Source: Candidatus Hydrogenedentota bacterium
Lineage (GTDB): Bacteria; Hydrogenedentota; Hydrogenedentia; Hydrogenedentales; SLHB01
DNA: 13,819 nucleotides
Assembly (NCBI GenBank): GCA_029974275.1
Contig: JARKSN010000069.1
Location: 1-13,819, forward strand
Direction: 5' to 3'
A program made the position numbers and the translations under genes. How positions within the stretch are numbered: the stretch's first letter is position 1; each line of letters begins with the position of its first letter. Shown piece after piece: positions 1-6,885 of this stretch. A model generated the notes under the pieces. The model ran no database searches. It saw nothing but the letters and a program-made list of their open reading frames with translations, and was not told where the DNA came from.

Positions 1-16
1 AACTACTGAAAAACAC
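1..16 (-). CDS. Possible 5' end of a gene running off the left edge (GTG start, MFFSS...)
   Basis: Minus strand reads AAGGGAG (23-29), then 6 nt, then GTG TTT TTC AGT AGT. Only 5 codons are visible. An alternative GTG at 18 is also open. Confidence 0.25.
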
Positions 17-156
17 ACGAATCTCCCTTCTTCTTTATGGGGTATGTGGGGCGGGGCGCCAACGACCAAACGAAAAGGGGAAGCAAATCACAAACGAGCC
101 AAGGTCTGCCCGGAACTCAGATTTTAATGCGATAGCCCTGCTTCCCGAGAGGATTC

Positions 157-1932
157 TCACCAGATGCCCAAGGCCGCATTGATGGCAAGCTGGACATCCA
201 AAGCGTCCACCGATCCGTCCCCGCTCAGGTCGCAATTATAGGGAACGACGTACTTGAGGGCGGCATTGATGACCAATTGCACGTCGACGATGTCAGCCGC
301 ACTGTCCCGGTCGATGTCGCCGCGGCGGAACACGTGCACCATGACGGTTGCCGTGTCCGTTGGCAAGTTTTGGTTCGTCACCGTTAACGTTGCGGTTCGG
401 GCCTGGGCGAAATCCGACGTCGATACGAGAACGCTGGCCTCGCTGGAACCGTCCTGCGGCGTCACCGTGAGCCATCCCGGCGCGCCTGCGATCTCCCAGT
501 CAAGCGCGCCGAGTTCCTGGTTGAATATCGTGAAATGCGCGGACGGCGCGGTGAGTTCGAGCGCGACATGGGCTGGATTGACGGCGACTCTTCCCGGATT
601 GGCTGGGGGTTGGTATCCCGAGTTGAGGCCTATCTGTATATCGGCCGCACCGGGGGCGTTGTTTTCGATGACGACCCCGCCTTGCATGCGGTTCATCGCC
701 ACGACTGCCTCCTTGGTGTTCGCGCCAAGCCGCACCTTCACGGAATCCTGGGTCCCCAGAAACGTGCAGCCTGTCACGATCAAGGCCCAACTATCCGACT
801 GGATCGTCGCGGCCCCTGCCCCCTCGACAGCCGCAAACGTGCAGTTGCTGAACATCGTGGCCTTTTGCTGATCGTTGCGGAACAGCAATCGGGCGATGTA
901 CGGCACGCCCGGCTCGGGCGAGAGACTGCATCCCATGAATTTCATGGGGCCTTTCTGATTGCTGCCGATTTCGATCGAGCCTTCCAGAATGCCGTTCACG
1001 AACGACCACGCTGCCGCGTCGCCCACGTCTTCGCAGAGGACTGCCGTGCGACAGCGTTTCACGGTGACATTGGTGAGCACGCCAGCGCCGGGTTGATTGT
1101 TTGTGCCGACCGGGGCCCGCCAGAAACGGAAGGCCACATGGTACGAATCCGCCTGGAGCCCGAAAGCCTGTTCTCCGTCGGTGCGCCCAAAGTCGTACGC
1201 GGTCGCGCTGGCGCGCATGAAATCGCGCACCGGACCTTGACTCCAGATGGGGCCAAGGTAAATGTTGCGCAAACGGCCGACGTCAAAACACTTGTTCACA
1301 TACACGCCCTTGCTCAACGCCTGCGCGTACAGACCGTCGATGAAGTGCCGTCCCGAATTGTTCGTGGCGAAATCCACCGCCTGATACGGGTTGATCAGCG
1401 TGACATCCACGATCGAGACGTTGTCCTCTCCCGAACCCGCGACCGTCCACGGATACGCGATCGGCGGATTGGCGTCGATTTGGTTCGGGTAAAAGACCGT
1501 AATGCGGGAAAGCGTCGCGCACATCCGCAACGTTATGAACGGTGCGCCCGCGGCGTTGCCGGCTCCTTCATAGGCCATCAGGACGCTCGCCCCGCGGCGC
1601 AGATCGTCTTGAGGCGGCGGCATGGGAGACTCGCCCTGCAACGTGACATTTTGCGGAACGGTCAGACGCGTCGCAATCGTGTATTCGCCTGCGGGAACCG
1701 TCACGATGCCGCCGTTGGCCGCGCCCGCCGCGTTGAGCGCGGTCTGAATGGCTGCCGTGTCGTCCAGGCCGTCGTTCGGGACGGCGCCATAGTCGAGGAC
1801 GTTGAAGACGCCGGGCGCGGCGGCATGCGCCGCAACGCACAGGACCCATGCGACGAGGATAAGGGAACCTATTGGTCTTTGCTTGCCCGTGCGAAGTTCT
1901 CTGCAACGATATTCTCGAAATTCCGTCTTCAT
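157..1932 (-). CDS. Secreted right-handed beta-helix protein (Pectate_lyase_3 / GH28-related) with C-terminal BACON-like Ig domain and dockerin type I-like repeat, 591 aa
   Basis: Signal peptide ending LILVAWVLCVAAHA. N-terminal motif FNVLDYGAVPNDGLDDTAAIQTALNAAGAANGGIVTVPAGEY is typical of Pectate_lyase_3 proteins. BACON-like segment LDWEIAGAPGWLTVTPQDG...ARTATLTVT (~340-590). Duplicated EF-hand-like GDIDRDSAADIVDVQLVINAAL / CDLSGDGSVDALDVQLAINAAL (160-321). ATGA overlap with the upstream stop at 1929-1932. Confidence 0.88.
   Translation of the reverse strand: MKTEFREYRCRELRTGKQRPIGSLILVAWVLCVAAHAAAPGVFNVLDYGAVPNDGLDDTAAIQTALNAAGAANGGIVTVPAGEYTIATRLTVPQNVTLQGESPMPPPQDDLRRGASVLMAYEGAGNAAGAPFITLRMCATLSRITVFYPNQIDANPPIAYPWTVAGSGEDNVSIVDVTLINPYQAVDFATNNSGRHFIDGLYAQALSKGVYVNKCFDVGRLRNIYLGPIWSQGPVRDFMRASATAYDFGRTDGEQAFGLQADSYHVAFRFWRAPVGTNNQPGAGVLTNVTVKRCRTAVLCEDVGDAAAWSFVNGILEGSIEIGSNQKGPMKFMGCSLSPEPGVPYIARLLFRNDQQKATMFSNCTFAAVEGAGAATIQSDSWALIVTGCTFLGTQDSVKVRLGANTKEAVVAMNRMQGGVVIENNAPGAADIQIGLNSGYQPPANPGRVAVNPAHVALELTAPSAHFTIFNQELGALDWEIAGAPGWLTVTPQDGSSEASVLVSTSDFAQARTATLTVTNQNLPTDTATVMVHVFRRGDIDRDSAADIVDVQLVINAALKYVVPYNCDLSGDGSVDALDVQLAINAALGIW
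160..321 (-). repeat. Dockerin-like duplicated Ca2+-binding repeat (two ~22-aa units)
   Basis: D-x-D/S-x-D-x-x-x-D-x-x-DVQLxINAAL occurs twice at the extreme C-terminus of the 591-aa protein. Confidence 0.8.
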
Positions 1933-3290
1933 CGCGATCCTTCCGGAGCGGCGGGAGCGTTGGACTTGCCCGTCCCGCCCACGTTCAGGCCAAGCTGCAC
2001 GTCGGCGGTGGGCGGGGCGTTGTTTTGGATAATGACGCCGTACCGCATGCGGTTGGCCGCGATGACGGCCTCTTCGGTGTTCGCGCCGAGTTCGATTTTG
2101 GGCTGGCCGGTGCGCGAGGCAATAAACTCGTTTCCGGTGACAATAAGCGACTTGCAGTTCGACTTGATACAGGCAGTGCCCTGCGGCGCGGCTTCCGCCA
2201 CTTTAGGGTTATCCCAGCCGCTGAATGTGCACGACTCGAACGAGACCGTGCCGCTGCCCTGGAGGTCGGCCTGCCGCCACGTGATGTAACCGTTGTTTAC
2301 GGCCGTGTCGCTGCCGATAAACACGCATCCTGTGAACTTTACGGGGCCCGTGTTGGTCGCATCCACCTGCGCGGTCGACATCGCCAAGCCGTTGACGATC
2401 GAGATGCCCGCAGCGGGATCGACCTCCTCGATCTTATATGCCAGCGGAGTAATATCGGGATACACGTTCGTATACACGCCCGAACCGGGACCGTGACCGA
2501 AATCGGCGAATTGGAACGTCGTGCTGTAGAAAATGCCGAACAAGTTCACGGCCATCTCGCCCTTTACATTGCCGAACTGATACGCGATGGCGTGGGTGCG
2601 GGTGAAGGGCCAAACGCTTCCGCCCAAGTCCCAGAACGGCCAAAAATGAATGTTTTCGATGCGGCCTCCCGGATCGCACTGATCGACGAACAAGCCTCGG
2701 TACAAGGCATGCGCATAGAGGCCGTTGATGCTGTGCAGCGGACAGGGATTGGTCCCAAAATCGACCGCCAGATAGGGGTTCACGATGGTGACATTCTTGA
2801 TCGAGCACCGCTCGCCGTTGCCGCGCACGGTCCAGGGATACGCCGTAGGCGTCGGCAACGTCTGCCCAGGATAGTAAATATTCAACCCCGAAAGGGTTGC
2901 AGAAGCGTTCAAGGTGATGAACGGCGTCCCCGACGCATTGCCCGCGCCTTCGGACGCAAGCAACGTACTGCCTGCATCGGGTGGCGCGCCCCGCGAGGGA
3001 ACGCGCCAGACGCCCTCGAGGGTCACATTGGCAGGCACGGTCAGATGGGTGGCGATGCGATACTTGCCCGCCGGAACCGTCACCACGCCGCCACCATCAT
3101 TGGCTGCCGCGTTCATGGCTGCCTGAAACGCGGCCGTATCGTCCGTCGCGCCGTTGCCTGCCGCGTTGAACGGCGCTTCGCGGACGTTGTACGTCCCATT
3201 GGCCGTCATGACGACCGGTTCGGCAGCCGAGGCCCACGATGCGATCAGTAGACCGATCGATATCCCTGTCATCCACGCACGACGCATCAC
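1929..3290 (-). CDS. Secreted right-handed beta-helix protein (Pectate_lyase_3 / GH28-related), paralog of the downstream gene, ~453 aa
   Basis: RBS GAGGAGG at 3297-3303, start GTG 3290 or ATG 3287. Signal peptide MRRAWMTGISIGLLIASWASA. Motif YNVREAPFNAAGNGATDDTAAFQAAMNAAANDGGGVVTVPAGKY. Aligns by eye over its whole length with the N-terminal ~400 aa of the 157..1932 product. Confidence 0.9.
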   Translation of the reverse strand: MMRRAWMTGISIGLLIASWASAAEPVVMTANGTYNVREAPFNAAGNGATDDTAAFQAAMNAAANDGGGVVTVPAGKYRIATHLTVPANVTLEGVWRVPSRGAPPDAGSTLLASEGAGNASGTPFITLNASATLSGLNIYYPGQTLPTPTAYPWTVRGNGERCSIKNVTIVNPYLAVDFGTNPCPLHSINGLYAHALYRGLFVDQCDPGGRIENIHFWPFWDLGGSVWPFTRTHAIAYQFGNVKGEMAVNLFGIFYSTTFQFADFGHGPGSGVYTNVYPDITPLAYKIEEVDPAAGISIVNGLAMSTAQVDATNTGPVKFTGCVFIGSDTAVNNGYITWRQADLQGSGTVSFESCTFSGWDNPKVAEAAPQGTACIKSNCKSLIVTGNEFIASRTGQPKIELGANTEEAVIAANRMRYGVIIQNNAPPTADVQLGLNVGGTGKSNAPAAPEGSR

Positions 3291-3318
3291 GATTTTCCTC
3301 CTCGTCTCAGCAGCGGGG

Positions 3319-5901
3319 TTACGGTTGAACGCCGGTTTCGTCGGTCATCTTGGCTCCTGCGGGAGCCTTGTATTCAAATTCCGTCGCGTTCACGGGAACG
3401 TCCAAGGCATAGTTGTCGAATACAAGATATCCCACGACGATTCCGCCCTCCGCCTTGGCGACGGCAAACGCAGGAAGACCTGTCTGCGGGACAATGCCAA
3501 TCGTCCAACTCCGAACGAAGGGGAACGGCGTTCCGGTGCATTTGGTAGGTTCGATGCTGATATACAAACTGGGCGTCTCATCGGGAAACGTCACGCCGGG
3601 CGGCGGCGGCGCCATGACCGTCATCACGATCTCCGCTTGGGCGCGCAGCATGCCGACAAGCGTTTGCCCACTCACCGGCAAAACGCCCAGCAGCTTTTCC
3701 GCCGGTATGCGCCGGACGGTCGTCTCGCCGCTTCCGCCGCCGGACTCGGGGCGCGTGCTTGTTTGTACGTGTCCCCGGCCATCGTTGGCGATAGCCAACA
3801 GGGAGATTTTGTTCCTTTCCGGAACGGACGCGCCTTCGCCACCTGGAGCCACGGCAGCGACTCCCGATAGTTCCAGTCGAAAGGCGCGGGCTCCCGGTCC
3901 GTTCTGGCACACAAAACGGCCGGAAGCCTCGGGAAATATTTTGGCAAAGGGGCCGTCGCCTTGGGGAATCGATTTTACGTCGCAAGAGAGCGATCGGATG
4001 GCACTCCATTGGGGCGTCACGGACGCGAGAAGCTGTGTCACATCGTCCGGCATTTCGAGCGCCTTCGCCGAGGGCGGTTCGAAGGGAGTTTCGGAATGTG
4101 GCGTCGGCCCAGGCGGCGGAACCGCCCCGTCAGGCGGCGCAGGAGGAGAATCCATTTCGGAGACCGCAACGCCTGCCGGAGGACGAAAGGTGAGATCGTC
4201 GCCGTCCACAGGGGAATTTACCACGAGTTTCGTGAGGGTATAGCCGTTGCGCAAGGCATCCGGGGCAGAATATTCGGCGCATTTCACGGGAACACCTGTC
4301 TCTTTGTCAATCCAATATCGGCGATACCGGGATTCGTCGGATCCCGAGTGGGCTGCGGGAGGCGTCTCCAAGACCCACGTATCGCGTCCATCGACCGTCT
4401 CATCCGGCGCAATCCGAAGCGTGCCCGACTGTTCCGCCTCTCCCAGCAATGGAATCGTCGCGAACAGCGGCAGACAGAACCAGTTCACGCTTTTCAATGT
4501 TCCCCGTGTGGCGGAAACGTCACGGGGTTCCTCGAACAGGGCGGGAGCGCCCTCGCCCAAGTCCGAAGGCGCGGCAGGCGTCTCGCTGATGCGCCCCATC
4601 TGTTGATACGCGTCTTGCCCGTCAAAGAGATACGTCATGCGGCTGCCATAGACTTCGCTGGGCGTCGAACGGAACACGGGATGGTCCGGGGGGGAGCCCG
4701 GCTCGCGCAGATATCCCGTGTTACGCAGCACAACATCCATGCGGAAGGCGATGCGCGATTCCAGCCGTGCAAAAAGAAACGCGCCCGATCCTTCCTTGAC
4801 GGTTCTCACCTGGCACTTGCAAATGGGATCGTCGTACACCTGAATAGCGGCCTGCACCGACCCGATTTTTTCCCACCGCGCACGCATTTCACTGAGCACG
4901 GACGAGGCATCCATGGGGATAGGGGCAGGGTCCGTCGTCGAAGGCAGGGCGAGGGGCTCGTCTTGGGTCGTTGCCGAAGCGGCGGCGGGAGGCCCGGGCG
5001 ACGACGCGGACGCATCCGAGACAAGCGCTTTCGGGGGAATTTGGTATTGGAAATGGTCCGCTGGAAACGCGGGATTCCATTCAAAATTCGAAAGAGTGAA
5101 GGCGCCGACGGGCTCTCCTCCCTCCGGATACTGTTCGAGACGAAGCAGCACGCCGCTTTCTTTGTCGAAATACAGCCGCATGCGGCTGGCCAGAGCAGGA
5201 GCTGGAATTCCTGCGAAGGCTCCTTCAAGCAGATAAGCCGGTCTTCCTGCCCACGTCGTTTCGGGCTGAACGGAAAGACGCCACCCCTGTTTTTCGAACT
5301 GATCGAACGGTTGCTCGCTCCATCCCTTCGGCAAGGGAAACACAGGGAGATTTTCCGGGGTTCCCCGGATCACCTGCGGCGAAGGCGATTCGTTTTCCGG
5401 GGATGCAGCGGAGGCGTCGTCATGAACTCGGGACTCCTGATACAAGGTTTGGCCATCAAAAAGCAGGAGGGTCTCTACCTGGGCCCGCATCTCCTCGCGG
5501 ACTGCCCCTTCGGAAGAGGAAGCGTCTTTCAGGTATGCGGACTCGATCCGCATGCCGGAAAAGCGATATTTCGCGCCAGCATCCGTCCGTGCAACATCAA
5601 GAACGCCTTGTTCCCGGAACAACGGCTGCTCCCGGCAATCGCACGGAGGGGCTTGATAGATTTCCACGCTGGCACGAAATCCTTGAAGCAGCGCGTACCG
5701 TCCGACGATTTCGGCGCGAACCATTTCGTAAGATGGACTGCGCGAGGCGGGCGCGCCGGTCGTCCCCGGGACGGCAAATTCCCCGGAACAACCGGGCAGC
5801 AGCACAAGAAGCGGCGTCCAACAGCATGCCATCAACGCATGCAACGCTCCCCGAACCGCCGTAGACCGAAAAACGCCGCGACAACGAAGCATATGTTTCA
5901 T
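3319..5901 (-). CDS. Predicted lipoprotein with three tandem LolA-like (LolA/LppX/RseB-fold, DUF2092-like) domains joined by Pro-rich linkers, 860 aa
   Basis: Start moved from 5982 to ATG 5901 (GGAGG at 5908-5912, 6-nt spacing). Lipobox-like LLVLLPG-C (Cys codon 5788-5790). LolA-like motifs recur: LLFDGQTLYQ / YLFDGQDAYQ; ETTWAGRPAYLLE / ETVDGRDTWVLE; LYFDKESGVLLR / YWIDKETGVPVK / IGIVPQTGLPAF; NPAFPADHFQYQIPPKA / NSPVDGDDLTFRPPAGV / DVPVNATEFEYKAPAGA. Confidence 0.8.
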   Translation of the reverse strand: MKHMLRCRGVFRSTAVRGALHALMACCWTPLLVLLPGCSGEFAVPGTTGAPASRSPSYEMVRAEIVGRYALLQGFRASVEIYQAPPCDCREQPLFREQGVLDVARTDAGAKYRFSGMRIESAYLKDASSSEGAVREEMRAQVETLLLFDGQTLYQESRVHDDASAASPENESPSPQVIRGTPENLPVFPLPKGWSEQPFDQFEKQGWRLSVQPETTWAGRPAYLLEGAFAGIPAPALASRMRLYFDKESGVLLRLEQYPEGGEPVGAFTLSNFEWNPAFPADHFQYQIPPKALVSDASASSPGPPAAASATTQDEPLALPSTTDPAPIPMDASSVLSEMRARWEKIGSVQAAIQVYDDPICKCQVRTVKEGSGAFLFARLESRIAFRMDVVLRNTGYLREPGSPPDHPVFRSTPSEVYGSRMTYLFDGQDAYQQMGRISETPAAPSDLGEGAPALFEEPRDVSATRGTLKSVNWFCLPLFATIPLLGEAEQSGTLRIAPDETVDGRDTWVLETPPAAHSGSDESRYRRYWIDKETGVPVKCAEYSAPDALRNGYTLTKLVVNSPVDGDDLTFRPPAGVAVSEMDSPPAPPDGAVPPPGPTPHSETPFEPPSAKALEMPDDVTQLLASVTPQWSAIRSLSCDVKSIPQGDGPFAKIFPEASGRFVCQNGPGARAFRLELSGVAAVAPGGEGASVPERNKISLLAIANDGRGHVQTSTRPESGGGSGETTVRRIPAEKLLGVLPVSGQTLVGMLRAQAEIVMTVMAPPPPGVTFPDETPSLYISIEPTKCTGTPFPFVRSWTIGIVPQTGLPAFAVAKAEGGIVVGYLVFDNYALDVPVNATEFEYKAPAGAKMTDETGVQP

Positions 5902-5981
5902 CGTAGACCTCCGGAGGCGTTCAAAAAGGCATACGCGTGCCTCTGCCCGTCTTAAGGCGTCCTCAGCGTTGTGCGAAGGCA

Positions 5982-5997
5982 AGCATACGACATGCCC
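5982..5997 (-). promoter_or_regulatory. Candidate sigma54 (-24/-12) promoter for the LolA-like / beta-helix operon
   Basis: Minus strand GGGCATGTCGTATGCT has GG (5996-5995), N10, GC (5984-5983), versus consensus TGGCACG-N4-TTGCW. It is intergenic, ~80 nt upstream of ATG 5901. Confidence 0.4.
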
Positions 5998-6005
5998 TGT
6001 TTCCA

Positions 6006-6028
6006 GGCGCGAAAGCGCCGATGTTTTT
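6006..6028. terminator. Short GC hairpin just downstream of the small ORF stop
   Basis: GGCGC-GAAA-GCGCC (6006-6019). The T-run (6024-6028) follows it on the + strand only, so it is not a canonical terminator for the minus-strand small ORF. Confidence 0.3.
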
Positions 6029-6029
6029 C

Positions 6030-6212
6030 TCAGGTCTCGGCATCCACGCCCGGATCTACATCAGGCCCTGGCGCGTTCTTCGTATTTTTGGCCGTAATGA
6101 GCGTGCTCGACAGGTAAATCAGGCTGGTCAGAAAAAGCTCAATGCCCACACCTTGGGGCTTCGTCTCTGCGCCCACGGGACGCATTTTCGATACCGGAAA
6201 GCAATGTCGCAT
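6030..6212 (-). CDS. Small protein, 60 aa: basic leader-like N-terminus, hydrophobic Ser/Thr-rich helix, acidic tail
   Basis: MRHCFPVSKMRPVGAETKPQGVGIELFLTSLIYLSSTLITAKNTKNAPGPDVDPGVDAET. SD-like GAGGGA at 6220-6225 is 7 nt from ATG 6212 (alternative ATG 6215). It has a dedicated sigma70-type promoter at 6272-6300, a hairpin after the stop, and fills an otherwise empty 370-bp gap. Confidence 0.65.
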   Translation of the reverse strand: MRHCFPVSKMRPVGAETKPQGVGIELFLTSLIYLSSTLITAKNTKNAPGPDVDPGVDAET

Positions 6213-6271
6213 CATGAAATCCCTCGCTGTCTGGGAATAAGACGCAATGTCCAATTGCCCTATCTCCATAC

Positions 6272-6300
6272 ATTCTACGAGGGGGGCGATCGAGATGCAA
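6272..6300 (-). promoter_or_regulatory. Sigma70-type promoter for the small ORF
   Basis: TTGCAT (6300-6295), 17 nt, TAGAAT (6277-6272). The predicted TSS near 6265 excludes the track's ATG at 6269. Confidence 0.65.
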
Positions 6301-6356
6301 CGAAATCTCGCTTTGTCCCTTGAAAAGAGGGCCGCATGCAGGGGAAGAACAAGCGC

Positions 6357-6707
6357 TTACGGGGCCTGGGAGCGTTCCGGGCGCTTCCATTTCCAGCCCC
6401 ATCCGTATTTGAGCCGGACATCGAGATCGCCATGGGAGACATCGGCTTCGGCTTGGACGTTGCCCTCTTTCCCAACGGTTAGATGCGGGTTGCCGCGAGC
6501 GTCATAGCGGATGGCTGTTTCCGCTTCTCCGCCCGCGTGAAACAAGATGATATCCTTGGGCGCGCGGGATGCGGCGGATCGCTTTTCGCTGTGAATTTCC
6601 TGCACCCACCCATCGGAAAACGGCGTGGCCGGAGCAGGGCCGGTCGTGCAACCGCAACCCAACGCTACAGCCAGCGGCGTCAAAAAACGTTTCCACAACG
6701 CGTCCAT
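6357..6707 (-). CDS. Hypothetical small lipoprotein, 116 aa, beta-strand-rich C-terminal half
   Basis: Start moved from 6854 to ATG 6707 (GAGGG at 6715-6719). MDALWKRFLTPLAVALGCG-C-TTG looks like a lipoprotein signal. The C-terminus has alternating strands (VQAEADVSHGDLDVRLKYGWGW). Confidence 0.7.
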   Translation of the reverse strand: MDALWKRFLTPLAVALGCGCTTGPAPATPFSDGWVQEIHSEKRSAASRAPKDIILFHAGGEAETAIRYDARGNPHLTVGKEGNVQAEADVSHGDLDVRLKYGWGWKWKRPERSQAP

Positions 6708-6747
6708 CGCGAGACCCTCATCGAGCTGGGAGGCCTCTTCTCCTTTA

Positions 6748-6753
6748 AGTATA
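6748..6753 (-). promoter_or_regulatory. Candidate -10 element for the small lipoprotein gene
   Basis: TATACT on the minus strand, 40 nt upstream of ATG 6707. There is no convincing -35, and that region is occupied by the inverted repeat at 6763-6791. Confidence 0.4.
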
Positions 6754-6762
6754 CCTCGCACA

Positions 6763-6791
6763 GCGCATCCTGGCGGAAATTTTGGATGCGC
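6763..6791. repeat. Inverted repeat in the divergent intergenic region (possible operator)
   Basis: GCGCATCC (6763-6770), 13 nt, GGATGCGC (6784-6791); perfect 8-bp arms. Confidence 0.45.
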
Positions 6792-6856
6792 CTTGCCGGT
6801 GGGGAAGGCTTTGGCCTCGTTGTCCAAGACAGGGACAAGCGTGTGCGCGCGCAAAT

Positions 6857-6885
6857 TTGCTCAAAATACAGGAATACAGTAGGAT
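6857..6885 (+). promoter_or_regulatory. Sigma70-type promoter for the radical SAM gene
   Basis: TTGCTC (6857-6862), 17 nt, TAGGAT (6880-6885). RBS AAGGAGG at 6907-6913. Confidence 0.55.

Noticed and set aside
535..3251. Long plus-strand ORFs 535..2289 (584 aa) and 1872..3251 (459 aa)
   Set aside because: Antisense shadows of the two beta-helix genes, expected from high-GC codon bias. They are Arg/His-rich and have no recognisable motifs.
5908..5917. Perfect palindrome CCTCCGGAGG containing the RBS (possible SD sequestration)
   Set aside because: With a viable loop the stem is only 3-4 bp, too weak to claim translational control.
3961..5955. 664-aa plus-strand ORF
   Set aside because: Antisense shadow of the triple-LolA gene, with an Arg-rich low-information translation.
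5902..5982. Track start (TTG 5982) for the 887-aa ORF
   Set aside because: No RBS, and it overlaps the candidate promoter. ATG 5901 has GGAGG at good spacing and puts the lipobox closer to the N-terminus.
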